Origin: Candidatus Subterrananammoxibius californiae
Lineage (GTDB): Bacteria > Planctomycetota > Brocadiia > Brocadiales > Subterrananammoxibiaceae
Length of the DNA: 10,140 nt
Assembly (NCBI GenBank): GCA_030586555.1
Contig: JAURAC010000056.1
Coordinates: 1 to 10,140, forward strand
Direction: 5' to 3'
Shown here: positions 1 through 7,000 of the stretch, one piece after another
How the letters are laid out: every line of letters begins with the position of its first letter
How positions within the stretch are numbered: position 1 is the first letter of the stretch
Notes under the pieces: generated by a model
Told to the model about the DNA's origin: nothing
What the model saw: only the letters and a program-made list of their open reading frames with translations
Database searches by the model: none
Position numbers and translations under genes: made by a program

Positions 1-843
1 TACTGGACCACTGTGTCTGTCTCTTATTGTGTGGTCACCGTCGAGGGTGCAAATGACTGCTTCAATATATAACTCATTTTTCTTGATTTCTGCATATGCT
101 CCAATAGGAATCTGACAACCACCTTGAAGCTTTGCCAGAAGAGCCCGTTCTGCTTCAACAGTGGCTCTTGTATGTCTGTCATCAATGCCTAAAACAATTT
201 TATTTATTTTAGAATCATCTTTGCGTATTTCAATACAAAGCGATCCTTGTCCAACTGCCGGTAACATTATATCAAAAGGTATAATCTGGCTTATTTGACC
301 CTTATAATCCATCCTGCGCAACCCAGCGTATGCAACGATAATGGCGTCCAGATCTTCTGTTTCAAGCTTTTGTAGCCGGGTATCCAGATTGCCGCGTAAA
401 TCAAGGATTTTAAAATCAGGTCTGAATGCCAGTAACTGTGCCTTTCTGCGTAAGCTGCTTGTGCCAATGCGCGCATCATCAGGGAGTTTTTCCAGGGAGG
501 CATTGTTGCTGCTAATGAGAACATCATGTGGGTCTTCACGTTTCGGCGTGGCGCCAATCGTCAATTCCTTCGGTATTTCTGTGGGTACGTCTTTGGTGCT
601 GTGGACTGCTAAATCAATCTTTCCCTTGATTAGGGCTACTTCGAGTTCCTTTGTAAATAAGCCAACTCCACCTAAACGCGATAATGGTGCGTCAGTTCGC
701 TTGTCGCCTTTTGTTGATATCTTTTCTATTTTAAATTCAAGTTCAGGATTTAGTTTCTTGAGTTCGGATATAACCCAGTTTGTCTGAATCAGCGCAAGTT
801 TGCTTCCTCTTGAACCGACTATAATTTGTCTTTTTTTTGCCAA
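1..843 (-). CDS. hemC: Hydroxymethylbilane synthase (porphobilinogen deaminase); 3' end lies beyond the left edge
   Basis: Missing from the ORF track. Manual translation from TTG at 843 (GGAG RBS at 857-854) gives MAKKRQIIVGSRGSKLALIQT...GVGLFTKELE...DLAVHSTKDVP...IGTSSLRRKAQL...LRGNLDTRL...MLPAVGQG...AERALLAKLQGGCQIPIG. These are hallmark HemC motifs, including the cofactor-binding Cys in GGC. The motifs stay in one frame to position 1. Confidence 0.97.
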   Translation of the reverse strand, partial: MAKKRQIIVGSRGSKLALIQTNWVISELKKLNPELEFKIEKISTKGDKRTDAPLSRLGGVGLFTKELEVALIKGKIDLAVHSTKDVPTEIPKELTIGATPKREDPHDVLISSNNASLEKLPDDARIGTSSLRRKAQLLAFRPDFKILDLRGNLDTRLQKLETEDLDAIIVAYAGLRRMDYKGQISQIIPFDIMLPAVGQGSLCIEIRKDDSKINKIVLGIDDRHTRATVEAERALLAKLQGGCQIPIGAYAEIKKNELYIEAVICTLDGDHTIRDRHSGPV

Positions 844-918
844 CGGTAATTATCTCCGTTTTTATAGAAATAAAAGTGATACAAACATATTATATCTATT
901 AATTTATTTTAAAAACGA

Positions 919-947
919 ATGGTATCATAATATGCTATGTGTGTCAA
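919..947 (-). promoter_or_regulatory. Sigma70-type promoter for hemC
   Basis: Minus strand reads TTGACA (947-942), a 17-nt spacer ending in TGn, then TACCAT (924-919): perfect -35, optimal spacer and an extended -10, about 75 nt upstream of the hemC start. Confidence 0.7.
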
Positions 948-1014
948 ACTACTTTGTCGGTCATAAAGTTGAATACAGGGGTATTTGTTTATAAAAAGAA
1001 TTTTTTATTTTGTG

Positions 1015-1043
1015 GGAATATATCCCGATTGTTATTTGTCATA
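1015..1043 (+). promoter_or_regulatory. Putative autoregulatory ECF promoter
   Basis: GGAAT (1015-1019)-N18-GTCATA (1038-1043) resembles the SigR/SigH consensus GGAAT-N18-GTT and lies about 100 nt upstream of the sigma gene. Confidence 0.5.
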
Positions 1044-1140
1044 ACATTACGTTTACCCGTGCGGAAAAGACTTATTTAAGATAAATCGTCGGTAACGATT
1101 TTTAATATCAGCACTTTTTTCATTTTGCTTATAACTAAGC

Positions 1141-1683
1141 GTGAACCAAAAAGATACTCTTCTCATACATATAGATGCTTTATACAGATCGGCATTATAT
1201 CTTGTTAAGAATGAAAATAACGCAGACGACCTGGTTCAGGAAACCTATTTAAAGGCATTCAAATCTCTCCAGAATGGCGAAATAATAAATAATGAAAGGG
1301 CATGGTTGTTTAAAATATTAATGAACACTTTCATCAATCAATATAGGAAAACTAAAACAGAACCATCTTTGGTTGATTTTGACAGCATTGAGTCCTTTCA
1401 TGAATCAATAAAAGAAGAGGTCTTAACGTCCCCTATTGCAGAAAATGAAACAGAATTTGATGAATGGCTGGACTCAGATATAAAAAAAGCACTGGAAGAA
1501 TTACCCGATGATTTTCGACTGGTTATCTTACTTTCGACAGTAGAGGGCTTTTCCTACAAAGAGATTTCCAAAATGCTTGAATGTCCCATCGGGACAGTAA
1601 TGTCTAGAATCTATAGGGGACGAAAGATGTTAAAGGAAAAATTAACAGGTTATGCAAAAAAACACGGTTACGAAAGAGAATAA
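1141..1683 (+). CDS. ECF RNA polymerase sigma factor, SigR/SigH-like
   Basis: Region 2: ADDLVQETYLKAF...AWLFKILMNTFINQYRK. Region 4: ALEELPDDFRLVILLSTVEGFSYKEISKMLECPIGTVMSRIYRGR. GTG start, with an in-frame TAA at 1132-1134 bounding the 5' end; RBS weak. Confidence 0.95.
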   Translation: MNQKDTLLIHIDALYRSALYLVKNENNADDLVQETYLKAFKSLQNGEIINNERAWLFKILMNTFINQYRKTKTEPSLVDFDSIESFHESIKEEVLTSPIAENETEFDEWLDSDIKKALEELPDDFRLVILLSTVEGFSYKEISKMLECPIGTVMSRIYRGRKMLKEKLTGYAKKHGYERE

Positions 1684-1686
1684 GAA

Positions 1687-2556
1687 ATGAATTGTACAGA
1701 TGTAAAAAAATATTTTTATGCCTTTCTCGACAGCGAACTCGATGTGGAAAGGAATATCGAGGTTCTGGCACATGTTAATATGTGCCATGCATGCGGCCCG
1801 AAAATAGAAAAGGAACTGCTGCTTCAAGAAAGAGTGAAAGAAACTGTTTGCAAGGTAAAAGCCCCTGTATACCTTGAGCAAATAATTTTGAGAAGCGCAG
1901 AAAGGAAACCAAACTTCTTCAGTCAATTTATAAAGAATTTCTTGTTGAGAAGCAGATTCGCATTAGTTTCTGGCATAGCAACAGCAATAATTCTTATTGC
2001 CTGTTTTTTTGTAATACAAAATAAGCTGAAGAAAAATAATATTTTTTACCTCGCAGAGTCAAAATATCACGACTACATAATGAAGCAGCTTGTTCCTGAC
2101 ATACGTTTACAGAATGCCAGAGAAATTATAGGCCACTTTCAAAATCAAACTGGTCTAAGCGTAACCCTGCCTGGCATTGAAGAAAATATACAGGTGCAAA
2201 ATGCCAAAGCAGTTGCGGAGTACTTCCAAAGACAAACTGGTTTAACGGTAACGCTTCCTTTTATGAAAGGAAATGTACAGTTAGTGGGTGCATCTTTGAC
2301 TAATATTAACGGCAAAAATGTACCCCTGGTTTTTTACATGCTTGATGATACTCCAATTACGTTGGCTGTGGTTTGTAATTCTAACATTGATTTTTCAAAG
2401 ATGAAAGAAGTCATGGCAGATAAGATGGTGGTATACACAGGTACCGGGTTTTGCGGCTCCTGCCAAATTGTTGGATGGAAAGAGACTAACACTCAGTACG
2501 TTATGGTATCGATGTTAAATCGTGAAAAAATGATAAAAGCGCTTACAAAGGCCTAA
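1687..2556 (+). CDS. Membrane-anchored zinc-binding anti-sigma factor (ZAS / zf-HC2) with a C-terminal extracytoplasmic domain
   Basis: Starts 3 nt after the sigma stop. N-terminal C3...HVNMCHAC (HxxxCxxC, 1771-1794), one TM helix FALVSGIATAIILIACFFVI, and a C-terminal domain containing CGSC. Confidence 0.9.
   Translation: MNCTDVKKYFYAFLDSELDVERNIEVLAHVNMCHACGPKIEKELLLQERVKETVCKVKAPVYLEQIILRSAERKPNFFSQFIKNFLLRSRFALVSGIATAIILIACFFVIQNKLKKNNIFYLAESKYHDYIMKQLVPDIRLQNAREIIGHFQNQTGLSVTLPGIEENIQVQNAKAVAEYFQRQTGLTVTLPFMKGNVQLVGASLTNINGKNVPLVFYMLDDTPITLAVVCNSNIDFSKMKEVMADKMVVYTGTGFCGSCQIVGWKETNTQYVMVSMLNREKMIKALTKA
2110..2283 (+). repeat. In-frame tandem duplication (2 x 87 nt, 29 aa) inside the anti-sigma gene
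   Basis: QNAREIIGHFQNQTGLSVTLPGIEENIQV (2110-2196) vs QNAKAVAEYFQRQTGLTVTLPFMKGNVQL (2197-2283): 15/29 aa identical. Confidence 0.85.
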
Positions 2557-2768
2557 AAATGAACTAGTGATAGATAAAAATCCTTATGGATTTTAAATTC
2601 AGACAATGCAGAATTTATCAGAAATAATAAAGTGACTATACAATATCTCGATTACAATTAGGGTTTAAAGCGAACAGAAACAAGGAGGTGAATATGGCTA
2701 AAAGTCAATCATTTGTAAAGGTATAAGAATTTTACTTAAAACATTTTGCTTTATTGAGGAGACAAACG

Positions 2769-3146
2769 ATGAATATAAGCAAGTATATACATTTTGGCTA
2801 TCTTTCCCTGATTCCTGTAGCCTTTGGAATAATAATTAGTGCATCCGTTGTTAAAGCAGGAACCTTACCTCAAGATAACACAGTTTGTTTGAATCCCAAA
2901 CCTTATGAACTTGCGGAGGGAAAGTCCATGAACGAAGAGCAGATTGAATTAAAAGTTAATGGGATGACTTGCGGTGCATGCAGCAAGACCGTAAAATCGG
3001 CGCTTCTTAAAGTCGCAGGTGTTAAGGATGCTGTGGTTAGTCACGACGAAGGAAAGGCAGTTGTAATAGTTGAAAAAGGAAAGGCGAATACTCAGGAGCT
3101 AATAAAGGCCGCAGAAAATGCTGGATTTTCAGCATCAAAAAACTAA
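2769..3146 (+). CDS. Exported heavy-metal-associated (HMA; CopZ/MerP-like) protein
   Basis: GAGGAG RBS at 2756-2761 before ATG 2769. Signal-peptide-like N-terminus ending VVKA, followed by an HMA domain LKVNGMTCGACSKTVKSAL..V.GV...LIKAAENAGF. Confidence 0.9.
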   Translation: MNISKYIHFGYLSLIPVAFGIIISASVVKAGTLPQDNTVCLNPKPYELAEGKSMNEEQIELKVNGMTCGACSKTVKSALLKVAGVKDAVVSHDEGKAVVIVEKGKANTQELIKAAENAGFSASKN

Positions 3147-3246
3147 CAGGGCAAGGATAGCCTCAATCCAGCAACAATTTTAACTTTATATTAAGCATTT
3201 CCATGAAAGGCTTAAATTTAAGCACAGGAACTTCAAACAATTATTT

Positions 3247-3280
3247 CCTCCCCTTGATGGGGGAGGTCAGGTGGGGGTGA
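3247..3280. repeat. GC-rich REP-like hairpin element
   Basis: CCTCCCC-TTGATG-GGGGAGG (7-bp stem) followed by TCAGGTGGGGGTGA; strongly GC-rich relative to the flanks. Confidence 0.6.
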
Positions 3281-3306
3281 AGAAAAAAGGTTGGAAAGGA
3301 AAGAAC

Positions 3307-3885
3307 ATGAAAAAGATTATTCCACTAACATCGTTAATAGTATTGCTGGTGACAAGCTTTCTCTATATCGGGTGTGAGAGACCGGAAAAGAAGGCAGCCA
3401 TGCCAAAAAAAGATGCACCAAAAATGTCCATGGAAGAGGTACGTAAAGCTGAAAAAATGGCTGGTGAACTCTGGAGTAAAATGCAGGGAGAAAATTACCG
3501 TGAAAACTGGGAGATGTGGCCAGGCAAAGAGGCTTTTTATAAAGGGAAGGAACCTCACGGGGTTTTGCTAACTACCTATGTAAATGATGCTGCCTATGAG
3601 GCAATTGAGAATAAAGAAGGAAAGATGCCTTCTGGGGCTATAATAATTAAAGAAAATTATATGCCTGATAAAACCCTTGGCGCTATTACCGTGATGCATA
3701 AAATAGAAGGGTTCAATCATGAGGCAAACGATTGGTTCTGGGTTAAACTTGGGCCGGATGGCGAAGTCATGACTATGGAAATGGGCGGTATGACCATGAA
3801 ACTAGCGGGTAAAGTTTCTGGGTGTATTGACTGTCATGGTATGCAGAGTAACAATGACTACGTTTTTACGAATTCTTTAATGTAA
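3307..3885 (+). CDS. Cytochrome P460-family monoheme c lipoprotein
   Basis: GAAAGGA RBS then ATG 3307. Lipoprotein signal MKKIIPLTSLIVLLVTSFLYIG-C. P460-family motifs PHG...TYVN, PSGAIIIKENY, TVMHK..G....NDWFW and a C-terminal CIDCH (3823-3837)...NDYVF. Confidence 0.88.
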   Translation: MKKIIPLTSLIVLLVTSFLYIGCERPEKKAAMPKKDAPKMSMEEVRKAEKMAGELWSKMQGENYRENWEMWPGKEAFYKGKEPHGVLLTTYVNDAAYEAIENKEGKMPSGAIIIKENYMPDKTLGAITVMHKIEGFNHEANDWFWVKLGPDGEVMTMEMGGMTMKLAGKVSGCIDCHGMQSNNDYVFTNSLM

Positions 3886-3914
3886 TGTAGAGATAAATTA
3901 GGAATTTAAAAACA

Positions 3915-3954
3915 AACCATGTAGCGGCAAGGCACGCCTTGCCGCTACATGGTT
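3915..3954. repeat. GTAG-type REP palindrome (may also act as a terminator or mRNA stabiliser)
   Basis: Perfect 19-bp inverted repeat AACCATGTAGCGGCAAGGC-AC-GCCTTGCCGCTACATGGTT with GTAG/CTAC tetranucleotides. Confidence 0.85.
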
Positions 3955-4005
3955 ACAGCAAAAAGCCGCCGAAGGCCTAATTGATCATGAAAGAGGGAAA
4001 ATTTC

Positions 4006-4539
4006 ATGGAATATAAATTTTTAGTAGATACGTATGAAACTGAACGAATAAAAACACTCAGTACCTGGAGTACGTTCAAAGACGAGGATTTTTCAATACG
4101 TCCAAACCCAAAAGACAGGCGGGGAAGAAACACCCACGAGCACATGGTACATCAGTGTATGAGTGAAAATATTTGGTTTTCCAAAATGCTGGGAATCAAT
4201 GTTGGTGCTTTCCCTTTGCCAGAAAAGGAAACACGTTTGGAATTTATGAAACGTTACGCTGAAGATTCCGGGAAACGACTTGCAGCCTTACAAGAAAAAG
4301 ATAAATCCTGGTGGGAAGAAGAAGTGCCGTTTTTTGATGTCAAACGCTCTCGTGCCTGGATCATAACAAGAAGAATTGCCCATACTGCCCATCACCGTGG
4401 GCAACTGACGATAATGCTGCGCATGTTGGGAAGAGAAATTTACAGCACGTACGGCCCATCTGCAGATACGGGTGGACTAATGCAAAACAATGCATTGACG
4501 ATGTATCCTTATCCAGATGTGGATACCCTTCTTAAATAA
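4006..4539 (+). CDS. DinB/YfiT-superfamily protein (putative metal-dependent thiol S-transferase), probably C-terminally truncated
   Basis: GAGGG RBS. RP.P....R..HEHMVHQC and RRIAHTAHHRGQL..MLR.LG His-triad motifs. The frame stays open for 25 codons after the TAA, to a second TAA at 4615-4617. Confidence 0.85.
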   Translation: MEYKFLVDTYETERIKTLSTWSTFKDEDFSIRPNPKDRRGRNTHEHMVHQCMSENIWFSKMLGINVGAFPLPEKETRLEFMKRYAEDSGKRLAALQEKDKSWWEEEVPFFDVKRSRAWIITRRIAHTAHHRGQLTIMLRMLGREIYSTYGPSADTGGLMQNNALTMYPYPDVDTLLK

Positions 4540-4743
4540 GAAGCTGCAAGTGGGGACAAAGCACCGTTACCGGGTCCTGGCGATAAACCCTGCACAGAAC
4601 GACCTGCACCAGGATAAAGCAGTTTAGATATAAATATTTATTGTAATATATTTACAACAGACCCTCAAGCTTTTCAGAAAATGAAAAAAGAATCCTTTTT
4701 GTAAATGCTAATTATCAAATAAAACTTTAAAAGGAGGATAATA

Positions 4744-5082
4744 ATGTCTGAAGATGTAGTTGTAATTACCGATGCTAATTTTGATGCAGAGGTATCGAAA
4801 TCAAACATTCCTGTGTTCGTTGACTTTTGGGCAGCATGGTGCGGACCTTGTAGACAACTAGCACCTGTGATAGATGAATTGGCAAAGGAATATAAGGGAA
4901 AGATAAAGTTTTGTAAACTTGACACAGAAGAAAATAATCAAACCCCTGCCAAGTTTGGCATCACAGCAATACCTACGATTATCTTATTTAAAAATGGGCA
5001 GGTCGTGAATAAAATGGCGGGAGTGAAATCGAAGAAGGATTTAAAGGCGGTACTCGATACTCAACTCACATTAAAAACATAA
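4744..5082 (+). CDS. trxA: Thioredoxin
   Basis: AAGGAGGA RBS; PVFVDFWAAWCGPCR, cis-Pro motif AIPT, FKNG; no signal peptide. Confidence 0.97.
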   Translation: MSEDVVVITDANFDAEVSKSNIPVFVDFWAAWCGPCRQLAPVIDELAKEYKGKIKFCKLDTEENNQTPAKFGITAIPTIILFKNGQVVNKMAGVKSKKDLKAVLDTQLTLKT

Positions 5083-5154
5083 ATTCATTGAGCATAAGGA
5101 TAAAGAAGTATTTTCGCAATGTATTCTTAGTCCAAATTTAACAGGGAGTGCGCC

Positions 5155-6990
5155 ATGAAAACAGGCTTTCTTGTGAGAGGATTACTTGCTTTTGCTTTCA
5201 CTGTACTTTTATTTCCCCTCATCACCTCTGGAGAAACTTCTCCATTTACCTTAAATGTTACTCTACTAAAGGGTCGCATCCCAGCAGGTGATCTTTTACC
5301 CGTATCGGTCAACTTCACAATTGCCCAGAACCATCACATATACCGGGATCAAGTCAAAATAGAAAGCGGAGATTCTGCCAGATTTACCATGGCTTCCACC
5401 GAACTTCCTCCTGGGAAAATTCGATATGATCAATTCCTTGAGAAAGAAGTAGAAGATTACGTAGGACAAGTAAAGGTAAAGTTGTTCCTTCAAGTATCAA
5501 AGGACATACCAGCAGGTTTATATGATGTAAAGCTCAAGGTGCATTATCAAGGATGTTCAGATAAAGTCTGCTTTGCCCCAAAGGCAGAGGAATTCACATT
5601 ACCTGTGCAGGTAGAGTTAACCAATTTGGGTTTGGGCGTTTCAAAATCACAGGAAGAAGAAAAAATCCCGACAGTTTCAAAACCTGAAAAAAAAGTTGAG
5701 GTCACTGGTATCCAAAAGACTATCGAGAGCCGTGGAATTTTCGTTTCCCTAATTATTATTTTTTTGGCAGGTGTGGGTCTGAGTTTTACTCCGTGCGTGT
5801 ACCCTATGATACCAATTACCGTTGCCGTAATCGGTGGACAGGCAGCAGGAGACCAGACTGCGGCCAGACGCCCATTAAAGGCGTTCTTCCTGTCACTGAT
5901 TTATGTCCTGGGCATATCCATTGTATACTCAGCAATGGGGGTGGCAGCCGCCTCTACCGGGGCATTATTTGGTACGGCATTGCAAAGCCCCTGGGTCATA
6001 GGTTTTGTCGTGGTAGTTTTTGTCGCGCTTGCTATGAGTATGTTTGGGGTGTATTACCTCCGAATTCCGTCCTTTATCTCTGATCGACTTGGAACAAAGA
6101 CTGGAAAGGGTTTCATTGGAGTTTTTGTCATGGGGCTGATTTCAGGGATTGTAGCATCGCCATGTATTGGCCCAGCACTGGCTAGTTTGCTAGTCTACAT
6201 TGCCAGCACGGGAAATAAATTCCTGGGGTTCTGGATGTTGTTTGTGTTTGCCTGGGGAATAGGCGTACTTCTCATTGTGTTAGGGACCTTTTCAGGTGCA
6301 ATAAAGTCACTCCCGAAATCTGGTGGCTGGATGGAAATAGTAGAGAGGATATTTGGACTCCTTTTAATTGGTGCAGCACTGTATTATTTGCAGTTCATTA
6401 TCTCAGAGAGCGCCTTTATCATCATCCTGGGCCTATTCTTGATTGTTACTGCGGTATTTTCTGGTGGTTTCGACCGACTGACTCATGAGAGTACTACCTT
6501 TCAACGTGCTAAGAGGGCATTTGGTATTATAGTCTTTATCTTTGGGGCTTACTTTCTTGTAGGACACCTCGTGATCAAGGGATTTATTCTACCCCCATTC
6601 TCGACCACAACTCCTGGTCAGTCCGTAGCTGCTCAGGAGAAGATCGATTGGGTGATGAGTGAGGAGGAAGAACTCAGGCAGGCCAAGGCAAGTAGAAAGG
6701 TGGCGATGATTGATTTTTATGCGTCGTGGTGTGCGGCCTGTATGGAGTTCGAGAAGCTTACGTACGCCAACCCGGAAGTGATCAAGGAATCAAGGAGATT
6801 TGTGAATATTAAGATTGATTGTACTAATAGTAACAATCCAAAAATTAAACAACTTTGGGACAAGTATGGAGTCGTTGGTTTGCCTACTATCGTGTTTGTC
6901 GACAGGGATGGAAATGTACTCACGGATAAAACTATTACAGGTTTTGTCAATGCCGGGGAATTCATGCAGATCTTAAAAAGTCTGGAGTAA
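5155..6990 (+). CDS. dsbD: Thiol:disulfide interchange protein DsbD (three domains)
   Basis: Signal peptide; alpha domain YQGCSDKVCFAP; TM beta domain SFTPCVYPMIP and ASPCIGP; gamma thioredoxin domain DFYASWCAAC...VVGLPT. Confidence 0.95.
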   Translation: MKTGFLVRGLLAFAFTVLLFPLITSGETSPFTLNVTLLKGRIPAGDLLPVSVNFTIAQNHHIYRDQVKIESGDSARFTMASTELPPGKIRYDQFLEKEVEDYVGQVKVKLFLQVSKDIPAGLYDVKLKVHYQGCSDKVCFAPKAEEFTLPVQVELTNLGLGVSKSQEEEKIPTVSKPEKKVEVTGIQKTIESRGIFVSLIIIFLAGVGLSFTPCVYPMIPITVAVIGGQAAGDQTAARRPLKAFFLSLIYVLGISIVYSAMGVAAASTGALFGTALQSPWVIGFVVVVFVALAMSMFGVYYLRIPSFISDRLGTKTGKGFIGVFVMGLISGIVASPCIGPALASLLVYIASTGNKFLGFWMLFVFAWGIGVLLIVLGTFSGAIKSLPKSGGWMEIVERIFGLLLIGAALYYLQFIISESAFIIILGLFLIVTAVFSGGFDRLTHESTTFQRAKRAFGIIVFIFGAYFLVGHLVIKGFILPPFSTTTPGQSVAAQEKIDWVMSEEEELRQAKASRKVAMIDFYASWCAACMEFEKLTYANPEVIKESRRFVNIKIDCTNSNNPKIKQLWDKYGVVGLPTIVFVDRDGNVLTDKTITGFVNAGEFMQILKSLE

Positions 6991-7000
6991 CGTAGTTTTT

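Noticed and set aside
291..994. ORF-track entries 291..557(-), 341..787(+) and 800..994(+)
   Set aside because: Shadow or alternate-frame ORFs over hemC and its promoter; no recognisable motifs.
2754..2768. TTG start at 2754 for the HMA protein
   Set aside because: It overlaps the GAGGAG RBS that serves ATG 2769.
2769..3146. Calling the region a canonical mer or cop operon
   Set aside because: No merR/merT/merA, P1B-ATPase, csoR or cueR in the window; metal specificity cannot be assigned from GMTCxxC alone.
3271..3306. GTG start at 3271 for the P460 protein
   Set aside because: It lies inside a repeat element; ATG 3307 has an RBS and begins a clean lipoprotein signal.
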